Shown: positions 1 through 13,232 of the stretch, in pieces
Position numbering within the stretch: position 1 is the stretch's first letter
Layout: each line of letters starts with the position of its first letter
From: Amphiscolops sp. MND2022
Taxonomy: Eukaryota
Assembly (NCBI GenBank): GCA_964187785.1
Contig: OZ076409.1
Coordinates: 46,378,001-46,442,000, forward strand
Reading direction: 5' to 3'
DNA length: 64,000 nucleotides
The notes under the pieces: model-generated
What the model was told of the DNA's origin: nothing
Database searches by the model: none
What the model saw: the letters and a program-made list of their open reading frames with translations, nothing else
Program-made: the position numbers and the translations under genes

Positions 1-2530
1 TCAACTTTCATCGCTAAGCTTGGCGAGTATTAATAGGCTGATTAGCTCAAGGAAATAAAAAAAATAAAATGGGCGAATCCATCGGCGAAAGCCACGGCTG
101 CCCTTCGAAATTTCATGAGCTTCTGTTACCTGTAATCACGACAACGATCGTATTTTTTTGACAAACCGGTCAACTTAAAAGAGAAAAAACAAGTTATGAG
201 TTTCATGAAGACGCTTTAAAAAGCTAGAACAACCTCGAAATGGATATCTGTTCTCATCAATAAATTTTAAGTATTTCCATTAAGTAGTTTTTTTTCCAAT
301 TTTTGTAAACTTTGCCGATTTGCAAATGGAATTTCCCTAGTTTGATTTAATGAGCAAATCGATTTGCTCAGCGTGTTTATAAAGTGGCGTGTATATAAAG
401 TACACGATATCTTGAATTTTGTTTTTTTTTCACCGACCACTCGTTTATTTCAAGCTACTCAAATGTTGAAGGAGTTCAACTATTTATACATAATTTCAAA
501 TAAAAATCCAACAACCAAAGTTTGAATATAACTGATAGCGAAATATGGCACGTATTTATAGAATTAGACCCACTCTCAATGAAAACTGGTTGAAAATATT
601 CAACAGATTACATTTCAGAATTCCTTCTCTGAAAAATAGCCTGGAGATTTCCATGCACTTGGGCCCAAGTAGTTCACGTGTGTGTGGGATGAAAAATATC
701 CCTTGCAGGTTTGCAACTACACACTTTTGAGCCGCATGTTCTAAACGTCAAAGGAGAGGCGAAGTTCGAGCTCTATATGTTTCACAGCCGGCGGGCTGCA
801 AAGGGCCATTTATAACAAAAGCGCCATAGGTGTATTTCAGTTATGGTTGTATATTGAAATTCTATTGAAGCGTCGATTAAATCATAAAAGTTGTTTTGAT
901 AATTTTATCCCCTTTTCCCGTACCTCTCACGATTAACCCCTACAGCGACACCTCCGTGATTAAAATTTCACTCCTTTGTCCCCTCTATCACCTGAAGCAA
1001 AAAATTGGCGGTAACAAACATGTCAAACGAGCTATAACAAGTTATAACTAATTACTACTGATTAATAACTAACACGATCAGAGAAAGAGGAAACAAAAGA
1101 TTCCAACCGCTTGAACTGGAAAGGTATTTGTGGTAATCTGTGCTAACAAGACGATAACATCATTCACTGGTTTTACGCTTGTCTCTCAATCATGTCTTTC
1201 GCTACTTTTCCTCACAATTCAGACGTGATCACGTTACAGATTGTAAATATTTACACATGTAAGCAAGACCGAACCATTGATTAGCTGTCACTTTCAATTG
1301 ATTGACAGCCTCAGAACAAAAACTTCCGAAGGTGGTCAAACCAAGGTTCATAAATTTATCACCTTTGTCGAAAAATGAAGCTCAAGAATTGCCTGTTGAA
1401 ACAATTTCGGTACCCATTTATCAAATCTTAAGTTAAAATCAGATTTTCAAGCCTCAATTAGTCCAAAAAGTATTACTTTTTGGATGTTCATATATAAGGA
1501 TATATACATCAGATAACGTTCAAAGTTACATCATTTTTCAACAATTTTAGATTTTTTCACTTCACATCAAAGATTTCGATACTGGTCGCTGATATTGAAT
1601 TTTCAGCGCAAACAATGTCGACGTGGTTGTATTTGTTCTATACTTCGCGGAGCAAACATAAAACCTTACCTATTTTTTCCCTTTGATTATCATATAATTT
1701 ACGCTGTTTGCAATAAACCTTCTTTGGTTTATTCTGCACTGTGTCGACTTTTTAAATTTATATTCTTTCGTTTTTAGTCCGGACTTTATGAAATAAAACG
1801 CAACAAATACATTGGCTTTTTGTCCTGTTTTTTTTTATCTGGCTTTGAAAAACTTCTTACTGCATGGAAAGCGAAATTAATTGGTTCAAAAAACAACGAG
1901 ATTTAACAAAAAATGGGACTATATTTTTACAACAGAAATTTTTCTACTACCTATATTTTCATTACAGAAAACCAAAGATTTGTGGGATGCCATGCGGCGC
2001 CTGACACCATTACATATCTTAAATCAATGAGCAGCACATGTTAGCAACTATTACTAAGCTTTTAAAAACACAGTAGCGACAATTCGGCCACAACATAACT
2101 GAGAATCATACGAAATTATCTGGATTACTGAAAACAGGCGAGCTATTAGTCCAGCAGTAACTGCAAAATGAATTGAAATACTTTTAATTTTGAATGGTTC
2201 AGTGGATAATCATAGATAACAAGGCCCATGTTTCTTAAGCAACCCCCCCCAGGTACACCTTGTTCCCCCAACACGAAAACAACTTTTATTTTTGAAAAAA
2301 AACTTCAGCGAATGAAAGAAAATTGATATAGCTATAAACACTCACATGATTGTATTGTCTCTAGAGTTGTTTCGACTTTTTGATATTTTACTCAGGACCA
2401 TGTGTCTTATCTAACACTCCCTAACAGGTACACCTTGTTTTAAAGTTTCGATCTCTTCATCCATCGATTAAATATTACAGTACTAAATCGTGTCGAGGGC
2501 TATTTTTCTCACTGGAGAAAATTAAATGTA

Positions 2531-3259
2531 TGTAACGGCAAGCAGTAGCTGTCGCTTTTCCGTCCGTCAGGATAGAGGAACCTATGACATGGGTATTCGC
2601 CCGGGACAGGCGCCCATAACCATAAGACCATTTTGCCTCCCGAGGTAACTTGTCCCGTCAAAGGATTCCGCCTCTAACGAGTACCTGCCGACCTGTTCCA
2701 GTCTGTAACTGCTATCAGCAACGGGCATCTTGCCTTTTCCTTCAGGATCACCGCTTAGACAGATTTAAGAACATGGTGTCAACGATAAATTCTTCGGATC
2801 ACAGGAAATTGAGAAATAGTAGCTCACGAGGTCAGAAATTGAGAAAATACGAGAATTGACAGCTCTATTGACTTCATTATTGACTTCAATAAGAAGTGGG
2901 ACAGAAGCACCGTAGGCTTATTTAAACAGAAAGACTCATTTTGAGCAATTATAACAAATAGTTGCATCATGCTAAAGAAAGCACATGGTTCAGTTTGAAA
3001 TCTGTCTTGAATAGATTAGCACCTGACTAATTGGGTCTATTTCGCATGAATTTAGCGTTACATATGCCAGCTTTTTGGGTTCTGCGCCGTGGCACTTTAC
3101 GTGTGATTCTCGTTCTCTGCATTTCTCGGGACAGGGCTTTGAGCTGACACGAACACGGTTTACAGAATATGACCAAAATCCGTAGACCCTCGGATTTGAA
3201 CGAAATTTTCAGCTATGATGTCACAAATGTTGATGATATGACAGGGGATTGTCGCGACC
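2531..3259 (-). mobile_element. Diverged LTR related to the LTRs of the Gypsy element at 10819-26743 (solo or relic LTR)
   Basis: Starts TGTAACGGCAAGC like the LTRs at 10819 and 25968. The first ~230 bp share blocks (GAGGAACCT, CGGGACAGGCGCCCAT, CCATTTTGCCTCC, AACGGGCATCT). The right end is approximate (GATTGTCGCGAC resembles GCTTGCCGTTAC). Confidence 0.7.
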
Positions 3260-3788
3260 CGCTCCTACTGGCTGTTTTTCGTGCTGCTCCGGCATACCAG
3301 GTTTCGGGAGAGGACATGGACATGGCTACAGGAAGTACTAAAACTTTAGTTTAATTCTATTTAAAGTACAGCTAGAGCTGTACTGTACAATTCTGCTTGC
3401 AGTACATCTTGTAGGTAAATTTTCAGATGACAAAGTTTACGTAAGCGTCACGGAAAGATTTTGGGAAATGATTTTAACCTAACTAAAACTTCCGGTTTGA
3501 ACATTTTACATGTGATCATTTTATTTCCGGTTTATGTTCTGCAATTTACATGCCGATCTGAATTAGCAAAACAGAAACAAATTAAGTAAAGGAAAATTCA
3601 GCTCTTCTTTTTCCACCCTGAACTGAAAACATCAAAGATAAAAGTTTAACTCCGTAATCACAACGGAATTCATACAATCTAAAATGAGAAGGACATACAG
3701 AATAGTACAGTGGAGTGTTCCCCAGTATTAAAATAGTTGTCGATATTCACCTAAATTACAGTCAAGCAATTTAAGCGAATATTTACAA

Positions 3789-4237
3789 CGTTATGACAGC
3801 CTCACTCCACTAAACTAGTTGCTGGTGTTTCTATTTTTAGGGACCAATAACGTCATCCCTCAGCTGAGATATTTGAGCTCAGTCCAATAAGACTCGAGCC
3901 TAGTTTAATAAAAATGTCACCATAGCAACGCCGACTAGCTGAGAGAAAAAGATTGAACGCCTACGCGCTCCGGTATATCTCCGTCAGCCACCGCTCAGCT
4001 ATACCTAAGATGTCTCTGAGAAAGGAAATTATGTGTGATCTAAAATCCTCACTAAAATCCTCGCTGATAATCAATAGGAGATGCTAAACCTGATAGCTCC
4101 AACCATCAAAAAGACATCTATTCAAAGCGTGGAAAACTCTGATTCTGAAGCAGAAAGCGCTATACAAAACACAACTTCAACTCCAACTAGAACAAAGACG
4201 ACTACTTCTAAAACATTTCCGGTAAATAGTCGTAACA
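3789..4237. mobile_element. Possible decayed LTR relic of another family
   Basis: CGTTATGACA...AGTCGTAACA imperfect inverted ends resembling TGTTACGAC/GTCGTAACA; S/T-rich coding-like interior with a stop; no TSD seen. Confidence 0.25.
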
Positions 4238-5039
4238 GGGATCGTTACAGTAGATTATAACTCTTGCGCTACTGTTAGAAAAAAAATTGGCATGAATGAA
4301 TGTGTCGGAAACTCTGAAAGTGAAAACGATTGGTTCGAAATGGAAAATAATTAATCCAAATAAACAATAAGGAAAGTTACGAAAATTTTGTTCAATTCAA
4401 TCCTCGATTTGAGTGAGGTGTCCACATTTTTCAATCTTAATTTTTCCAATATCTTTTTGCACTCATGTTGAATTCAATCCAAAATCCTGGAACGTATCAA
4501 GGAACGTAGCAAAAATTTGCTTGATTTTGAGTATTTTGATTCAAAAACTACAAAACGGAATAAGTAAAAGTCATGAAACATTTTTTGTTACATTTACATC
4601 TCATTTCAAAGTCCTTAAAAATCAATTGCAAGTGTAATTCGCTTGACGTGACTGATTAAGTTTCTACTGGCGAATGTCGGTAGTTTCATAACCAGCGTTT
4701 TGGCTTGGTTCCCAAAGCGAATAACTGTTTTAACGCTTGATAAAAACAAGATGCTTTATAGCGACACGTTTTTAGGCTTGGTATGGATTTTGCAAGGAAA
4801 CTTGTGAATTTTGCTTCCACAAACTGGCACAAAAATTTACAGGACATCGGCTCTATAATGTCTTTTAAATGAGAACAATGTTGAAAATTGTTGGAAATTT
4901 GCTACATTTCTAAACACTCCTGTTTTTTTCTGCTTTAGGATATAAGATACATAAGATCTATGTTAGAAATGTTCATGTTACCTCGTCAATTCTCCTCTTT
5001 TGATGACCAATTCTCTAATACCTGCTGCTGCCGGTTTTT

Positions 5040-5554
5040 AACAAGACGAGAACGTCTAAAGTCAGCGCTATGTTTAAGGCTCAAAAAGTGCAAAGTTTTT
5101 AAAACATTCCCAGCACTTATATATGAGAAGCTCAGAAAACAGTTTTGAGACACCCAAAGGGTGCCTTTCATGCTCGACAAGACTCGAAAACCACTTTTTC
5201 CCCAACTGGGAACAAAAAACTTTTTTTTTGAAAAATAATTCGGATTTTTTCTTTCGGAAAATGTCGCATAGTGCCCACAGATGCAAAATATCAAAAAACT
5301 CAAAGGCGGAAAAAAATCGAAAGGGACCCTATAGACTCGTCCGGTTTTGTAGGTTACGTTTAAACAGTAAAAAATGAAAGGGGGACGGACCCTTTGCGCT
5401 CAGCTTGCCATGGCCGGCAAGTAGTTTTAGTAGTCTGAGTAGTTTTAGTAGCTTTTGTACAAAAAGTGGACCAATCAGTGTGAGGATTGTCATCTGAAAA
5501 AAGGCCACTGTAAGAATCGGGCATTTTTCCTTAAAAGGAAAAAGCGCCGACTAA
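5040..5554 (-). mobile_element. Non-autonomous Helentron-like (HINE/DINE-1-type) element
   Basis: Subterminal inverted repeats AGTC(A/G)GCGC / GCGCCGACT, terminal hairpin AGACG-AGAA-CGTCT next to AACA, in an A/T run. The family recurs more than 10 times in the window. Confidence 0.65.
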
Positions 5555-7089
5555 CAATGACTATAGATTACCATTCAACTACAGATTGTTCTGCTAAGTT
5601 TCGACTTCACATGATTGTTGGGTGAAACAACAGCAATAGAAATTTCTAATGAATCATTTTTTTTCTGAAACATTTTTCATTGTAATGTTCAGAAACCATT
5701 TTTATCTTTATTTCCAGCAAATGCTATCAGCCGAACCGTCCGTCTCTATTCTTCTAAAGCACCGCTGCCCGAACTCACTGATAACTTTTTGCCGAACTCT
5801 TCTTGAAAATGTTCAGCACTGAATAGGTCTTTACCAAAACACTTTCTTTAAATTCCATTTTTGGGGCTTTCAGCTCCGCGAGATGCCCATATGTTGACGT
5901 TTTGTTTTTGTTTCACATATTTCGTGAAGAGTGCCTAATTTTCAATCGTGATAGGCAAATTTCTGGAAACCGAGAATAGATAGAGAAACCATGTTTTTGC
6001 TAAAAGTTGCGCAAGATTATAGGCTACATTTTCGCCGATAAAAGTATTCACAAAAATTCCGCTTCATGTTTTTTGCGAATTTTTTGAAAAAACGCAATTT
6101 CACAGTTTCTCATTTCCGATTTCCGTTATCTTAGGACCTAGCCCAGATACAAAGTCATGATTTCGTCATTTACAAGGACTTCGTGGGCTATATTTCACAA
6201 TAAAAGCACGTCAAACATTTTTTCGCTCTTGTGTTTCGGGAAAAAATTAAAAAAGTGTTGTAAATTTTCCCAACTTCTAGCCTATACTTCTCAGAACTGA
6301 AAAAGTATACAGAAACCATTCTCCCTCAAAAAGTACGGCGAGGATGTGAACTAGATTTTATGCAATCAAACTTTCCGTCATCAAGTATGTCGCCTTGGAT
6401 TTTCAACCAAAAAGACTTGATGAACGTTTTTTTTCCTAGCCCATTCTTCAAGAAATCCCGACCTGAGACTAGATAAAAGTTCAAATGGTTTTGTGCCTTG
6501 GAATCTAAATATATCGTACCACCTGCTGCACACCATTAAACGTTTTGAATCGGTGCAAATCGCCGCATACCGTTTCCTATAGTGTGATAAATTTGTAATA
6601 AATTTTGAGCTTTTGAGATAACTCAGTTTGGATGCAGATATGAACAGGTCTTCTAGAGAACAACATTTTTGATGGCGCTAAGATCCAACAGTGCTTTCTG
6701 TCGCAACTTAGAGCTTTCGTTCGAACCGCTTAGCAACACCTAGTGTAAAAGAAACTTCGAATCGCCTTTGTAATTTTTTTTCAAACTCAAGCTGTACTTT
6801 AACTCAAGTCATGCGAATGCAGGATGAACGTTATTTGTTCTATTATTGCATTCGGGATATTTATGCGTTATTCCCCGAACCATATAATTTCTACCTTAGT
6901 GTATAAGTAACGCATTTGATACATAGACGTTTGCATAGAATTTACACGTCAGATTACCGAACAGAATAGTATCACTGTGGAGTATCAAACATTACTCAAT
7001 GATTCATTTGCTAGTACGACTCATACATTGTGACGTACTATGAAATCGCCAAATGACAAGCAGGTCATTTGCAACATGACCCATACTGC

Positions 7090-8565
7090 GAGGGCCTATC
7101 ATTATTAAAGTAATGTCATTATTAATGTACCCTTGCATTCATTAAATGTTAATGTTAAAAACAGTTTTACATTAAATGCAATAATTGTCATTAAATGTTC
7201 AATTATGCAAAGGTGAAGAGTTGAGCAGTTCCTGAATGTCATTTTCTTTCCAAAACGAATGGTTCACATGCAGAAACAATTGAGCTTCGAGATTTCCAGG
7301 CAGTATAGCATGTCGGTATTCCGGATGAAAATATTCTGCTTTCGCTGTAAAATTCTGGTAGCAAAATCGACAGAATCTGAGACCTGATAAACTTCTCCCT
7401 CGGGGTTGTCTACTGGTAAATGGTTGCTGAGCATCGCCATCTCTGCAGGCGTTAGGGCGTGCCCTCCAAGTGAACTCCGAATAGCTGCTTCAAAATCCGG
7501 GTTCATAACGATTGACCCTGTTGCTTGAAGATACCTGCAGTTAAACTAATATATATTTTTAATTTTTGCCTACAGAGTTTTTGCCGGACGTTTCAGAAGT
7601 TTACGTTCTGTTTTTACCACCGACCCAGTTTACAACAACCAGTACACGTTCTGATGTCACGGCGTCCTCTTCGTCAGTTCAAGGAGAACAGCGTGACGTG
7701 CTTCGTTTCTCAAATACCTTAACCAAGACTTGATTTTAACTGATAAGTTGCAAATACGTACCGTTCCATTCCAGAATATTTTTCACCAAACTCTTTCAGA
7801 AGTGAGTCGAAGAGAACCCGCACATTTTGCATCGTAGTATCGTTCTTCTGCAGGGTTTTGGAAACTGACTCGAATGCCTTCAAGTCTGTAAGTAGTTCTC
7901 GTAAATTACAAGAAATAACAATGCTGAAAACTGATTTAATTCCGTTAGAGCGTACTTCATCCAGATATTTCTTGTGCTCCCGTGTAATATGTTCTAATAA
8001 GTTGCCATGGCCTCGTTTGGGATTTTGCTTTCTTTCCTTGCCACATTTGCAAAGGAATTTGTCAGAAATTCCTGGCACCGGAGTGAAAAAGAATTTAACA
8101 ATTTCCGTGTTTTTTGATGTAGCACCAGCCATGTTACGAAACGAGATGCAAGTTGAAAGTTATCCGCACACAAATAGATGCTGATTGCGATTATTAATTA
8201 TGTCACTGAGTAAACAATTTCTGAAAGGTAGTTGGCTGTAGCAGTTGCGGTGTCATGTTAAGTGCATGTGAAAACAGCGTGAAAACAATTTGGAAACTAC
8301 GTGTGAAATTAGGTGTGAGCACATATGCACCGTGACAAATACGCATCTCGGTATATCGCGTCGCCCACGCACGCATTACATGTATTAAGTATGGAACTCC
8401 TGATCAAAATGTGTGATTTCGCTGAAGTTGCGGTTTATATTAATGATAGCAATAATTGTTTCCATATACAATCATTAAATGTTAATATTAACAACGCTCA
8501 TTCTTTAAATGCATTTTAATTAATGTCATTTAAAGTGATACACACTACATTAATGATAGGCCCTG
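7090..8565 (-). mobile_element. hAT DNA transposon, internally deleted (1476 bp)
   Basis: 15-bp TIRs gAGGGCCTATCATTA / TAATGATAGGCCCTG and a perfect 8-bp TSD CATACTGC (7082-7089, 8566-8573). Confidence 0.9.
7264..8132 (-). pseudogene. Deleted hAT transposase, two exons (8132-7762, 7534-7264)
   Basis: BED-like C-x-C...H-x4-H N-terminus (CKCGKERKQ...NLLEHITREH) joined to a late-transposase segment (LKAFESVSKTLQ...VRVLFDSLL). A GT-AG intron at 7761-7535 joins MER to YLQATGSIVMNPDFEAAI in frame. A hATC-like tail (RHAILPGNLEAQLFLHVNHSFW) lies in another frame. The catalytic core is missing. Confidence 0.8.
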
Positions 8566-8714
8566 CATACTGCATAATGTTTTAGTCTTTACCTACAGCT
8601 AGTATTACGGTACAAATGGGGTGACGAAAATATCAGTAAAGGTGGAATATCAACCAATCAGAAGACAGTCTTACTGGTGTCATGCAGGATTATATTCATA
8701 ATCATTATATGAAA

Positions 8715-8962
8715 ATTCAGTTTGTTGCAAAATATCAAAAATATTGAAGGAAGAAAAAATTTTAAATTTTTTTCAAAACTTTTTGCTCCGTTTCCAGTTG
8801 GGGAAAAAGTGATTTCCGAGTTTTATCGAGCATGAAAGGTACCCTTTGGGTGCTTCGAAACTGTTTTCTGCATTTTTTTTAAAAAACATCCCGGCGATAT
8901 TTTGGAAACTTTTCGCTTTTTGAGCCCTAGATACCGCGCCGACTTCAGACGTTCCCATCTTT
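8715..8962 (+). mobile_element. 3' fragment of the Helentron-like repeat family
   Basis: Ends GCGCCGACTTCAGACGTTCCCATCT (subTIR plus decayed hairpin); the interior is the reverse complement of part of the 5040-5554 copy. Confidence 0.55.
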
Positions 8963-10818
8963 TTTTAGCTTGTGTACGTTATGATGTAAGGTTGATTCCT
9001 TGAAAAATGATTGTCAATAACTGAAAATTGTTTCCAATGAAAAGACTAAGAAAACACAACAGCTAGAAAGTTGTTTAAAAATAGCTCACAAAAACCGGCC
9101 TTCATTTTGATTTCTTCAAAACTTCTACAAGTTTTTTCAATAATGTTTCACTTTCAATCTCTTCTCACACGATGTTTAACCTCTCGAACTTATTCAACTC
9201 TGCTTTTCATTTCTTTTGTTCGATCTTTCAAGACGTTTTCTCTGCACCAAAACATTCTTTCCGATCATGGGAGACAAAAAAAAGATCTAGAAAAAACGAT
9301 CGCCCTGATTAAACAGAGGGATAAGTGGTTGAGAAGCAGACGCGTCGCAACGTAATGAGACTGCTATTGAAAATAGTAGTACCTGTGAAAGTGTTAGTTT
9401 AGTTACGTATAAAGAAGCATGTCTAAAAGAACGTACACAAAATGAGAATGAGATTCAAAGGCCGATTTCATGGTAGAACAAAGAAAAAATGTCCGAGCTA
9501 AAAAAAAAGAAATGAATGAGAAGCTAGGTAAAATGGTGCAGTAAATGAAGAATAGCCAAAGCGCGCAATCAGTTGCAATTATAAAGGATTACGAACAAAA
9601 TACATCACTAATAGAAACGCTCGATTGTGCGACCAACAGGGACCGTGTATTAAACGCATCTAATATAGACAATCAAGATAATAAAATGCAAATTGTCCCT
9701 CACAGTCCCTTTGAATTAAGTGAGCTTAAAGCACCCGTTCAGCGTGTGAACAACTGAAATTGAAAGTTCGACTCAAACGACCCTGTAATTATAAACGAGG
9801 ACCGATCATAAAGGGTTATGACACTTGGTAAATAAATAATAAACAAAAAACATTTTCTTTAAATTTTACCAATAGATCTATGAAGGACGTTTCTAAATAT
9901 AAAAATGCAGATACCGGAATATGTTTCCTCGTATAACGATTTCCAGCTTTCAAGAATCTGTTATTTCCTAGAAGTAGTTGCACCGTTCATCACGAAACTT
10001 CCTGAAGTGCTAGAGATTTTTATTTTCGGCATTATTTGTTGCGGCGCTGTTCGATGCAAGTTTCTAACAAAAAGGAAACACCTGGACGTGAAAAAAAACA
10101 AGTATTTAACCCGAGCTTTCGCCATTTTTTGGACATTTTCAAAAATAACACCAAACGTTGGTGGAATGCACTTCCTGCACATGTTCTGATAAAACGTCCA
10201 TACACCCATCAAACCGTCCTGGTATTTTGAACTTTCTGTATTTAATATTCGTTGTGTCATTTATGAACAATAGTTACCATTTTGCCGTGAATACCCTGTG
10301 TGTCCAAAAACGAAAGATGGCTCAAATTATTCAGAAGGTACTCTTTTTAATGTCGGCCCTTTTTGTTCAAGTTCAGTTTGAAAATGTGTAGTTTTTGACT
10401 CTGTTCACTGACAGTTCGCGCTTTAGTTTTTTTTCGAAAATATTTCCTGATAAAACCCAAAAGGTACTTTAAGTCCGGTTTTTTATGAAAGTCTGAGAAG
10501 TTTTTTGTAAAACGTTTCATTTGTGATTTGAAGTAGTTTGCGCTGTATGGCTCCTTAGCGGGGCGCCAACCTACGTTGTTCCCGGCTTGTTTTTTAAGGC
10601 CTCACTTCCCCACTCTTTGAAATTACATTCATACGATTGTATGATTTTGGAATAAAAACGGTTTTCGGTGGAGTTTTTGGCTGCCTTGAAGTTTGTTTTT
10701 ATTGCTTTCAAGGAATCACGGAGTTGTTTTGTTTTGAAAAAAATGGAGGTACTATTGTACACAGCCATCAAACACATTAAATTTATTCAATCTGAAATTT
10801 GAATTTGCGAGAAATAAA

Positions 10819-11584
10819 TGTAACGGCAAGCTGTTATCGGTCGCTTAACACGTTAACAGAGGTGGAGGAACCTGCAGGAATGGGTGAATCGCTCGGGACA
10901 GGCGCCCATCGCCACAGATCCATTTTGCCTCCAGGGGTGAAATACGTCCGCGGGTGCTTCGACGAATACTGTCCAACCGGTCCTAGTCTTTGATTGCTAA
11001 TAGTAACGGGCATCTTTCTGGCTCTCTAAAGACCACCGCTTAACTAGCATATAAAAACAATGCCAAGAATAAGGTAAATTTCCAGTTCCAGGGTGACATG
11101 TGAATAAGATCTAAAATTGGGGAATAAGGTCTAAACTAGCGCTAGCGCTACTGAATACAGCCAAAATCACTGAAAATACATGAAAACAGGCACGAATATG
11201 GCAAACCACACAGCTAAAAAGCTGGGGCGCAGGGGCTCCAAGCACCAAACAAGGATCTTTAGGCGGAAAGACTCATTTTTACGGTTTCCGCTACATAGGG
11301 TAGCATAATGCTGAAAATCGATAAAACCGGTGTTAGCACCTCAAAAAGAGTCTTTTTTCGGATGTTCTCGCCGTCTCTGGCTTCTGTCATGGCGGCGCGC
11401 CCGTGTTTTTGCTCGTTCTTGCTCTTTGTTGTCGAAGTACCTGCCAATTTCGTGGAAACAGCGAAAAGAGCAATCACATGCTCAGTGCCACGTCACACAT
11501 CGGATTAGAATTTTTGACAAAATTTCTGAACATGTCAAAGTTGCAAAATCGGTTGATATTGCTGTACCAGAGCTTGCCGTTACA
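10819..11584 (-). repeat. 3' LTR (766 bp)
   Basis: Perfect 14-bp terminal inverted repeat TGTAACGGCAAGCT/AGCTTGCCGTTACA. By eye it differs from the other LTR by ~6 substitutions and indels of 7 and 3 bp. Confidence 0.97.
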
Positions 11585-11593
11585 TCACTCCCC
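11585..11593 (-). promoter_or_regulatory. Polypurine tract (short)
   Basis: Minus strand reads GGGGAGTGA immediately before the TG of the 3' LTR. Confidence 0.75.
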
Positions 11594-12692
11594 GGGCTTT
11601 ATGCATGACGTCCCTTTCATGCGGAGAGGCTCGCATTGAATACATCGCCACATCATGAGTGCAATCCACGGGGGTCTCAAGCTGGTGATGTTGCAACGGT
11701 CCAGTGGCACTGTCATCTCTTCCTGATTGGGCAACCATGAGGTCTTGCCTCTTGCCATCCAGAGAACCTGCATCGTCCACAAACTGTTGAAACAGAGCTA
11801 GCTCGAGAGCTAGAAAACCAGTACTCAAAAATGCACCTTGAAATTGATCAAATCCAAGATTCCATACATCAATCAAAAAAGCACCACTTTTTTAGCACGA
11901 GTTTTCTGCAAAAGTCTCAATAGGATCCTGCTAGCACTTTGGTTTTTGGACGTCTAAAATTTCTTTTCACGGAGCGCTCACGCTCCAAAGCGCACGTGGT
12001 TTTCAGCAAAAACATCTTTTCCACGGCAATAAAACTTCAGTTTGCAGCACAGTTAAAAGTTCTTTTCGCTAAAGCTTCTTTTCAGCAGTAAAACCACTGT
12101 TTAAAAGGAAGACAAACTGTTTCTTTGATACTTTTTTTTGACAGTTCGGCTTGGTTTGGGCAACACGCACTGATGTGCAGCTCCATACCTGTATAGAGTT
12201 CAGTAGCATCTGTCAAGGAGCGCATCAGAAGCAAACTACGAACTGCTCGTAAGAGTAAGCACTGGAGTAAAGCAGACAAAGGTAGATCAAATCTTGATAT
12301 ATGCAGATCAGGAGCGCGCGCGCTCCTTATTTTTCCGGATATCACGTTGGAATCTGGAGGAAATTTCAGGAAATCTTGAAAAAAATAGCACCTTTCGGGC
12401 GTAGCAATACATGTAGTGTTTTTGGGTTATTTTTTGCACTGGGGCTCCCCGGGCTTTAATTGTTGAGCACCTTCATTAAAATAAAGATAGCAATGACTAA
12501 CAAAAAATGCGAAGAAAATGCAAGAGGATGGATTGGGCGTTGAAGACACCCCTTCCCTCTTGAAAAGAAGTGGAGTGTGGTTCTGGCAATGGATTTCAAC
12601 GCATGCTACCAGAAAGTAACAAGCACCGCGTATCAAGCATGAGATATCAGGATAGCAAATAGAAAATTAACCAAAAAAAATTTACGTTGAAG

Positions 12693-13232
12693 CTAAGTGA
12701 TGCCAGGAAATTGTTCAATACTGGCAATGGAGACATAGACGCGATCATGCAGAAATACAGTGATATCAGTTCCTGCAAAAACGTCCATAACACTATGATA
12801 AAAATTGTCCAAACTGCGAAGTGGGCGTTCAGGGTCCACTATGGGGAAATGAATATCAGGGGTTTCGTTGGACAATAATGAAGCTTTCAAGTGCTCCAAG
12901 CATAAGACAAAGTCATCGGTGATTGGTGGTGAACGCTGGGAGGGGCGTGTTATCATTAGGTGAATAACTTGATTATCCATAAAGGACAATGAGGATGGGA
13001 TAGTTAGGACTTCACCAACTGTTGGGCGAAGTTGGAATATTTTGTCGCTGCCACACTCGCGAAGAATGTAGCGCAAGGCAGCAGAATTGGTATTAAGGTC
13101 TGCAGGGCAGCAAACTGCTACGTGGCCCTGCACCTGCAAGAAATCAATCAGTTTGATCGTAAACAATGTAGTCGACCGAATTTGGTCGTAGGGCACCAGG
13201 AAACACAATCTGACGTCCGGGACCTTTTTCAT
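12693..13232 (-). pseudogene. Degenerate TARG1/Poa1p-like macrodomain; frameshifted C-terminal part of Pol
   Basis: VAVCCPADL / VGEVLTIP / IHLMITRP / CLEHLK / IHFP / DVFAGTDITVFL are collinear with LAHCVSEDL / VGKVAILP / IYYLVTKK / SLVEMR / ISMP / EVFLHTDIDITIY of the host ORF at 55553. Removing one AATC copy at 13142-13149 fuses it to Pol. Confidence 0.75.

Noticed and set aside
9420..9830. Coding-like remnant (possible gag fragment)
   Set aside because: Stops present and no diagnostic motif or element ends found.
11580..12690. env-like or extra gene in the 3' region of the Gypsy element
   Set aside because: Only short ORFs without signal peptide, transmembrane or fusion features; the 65-aa ORF ending at the PPT has no recognisable motif.
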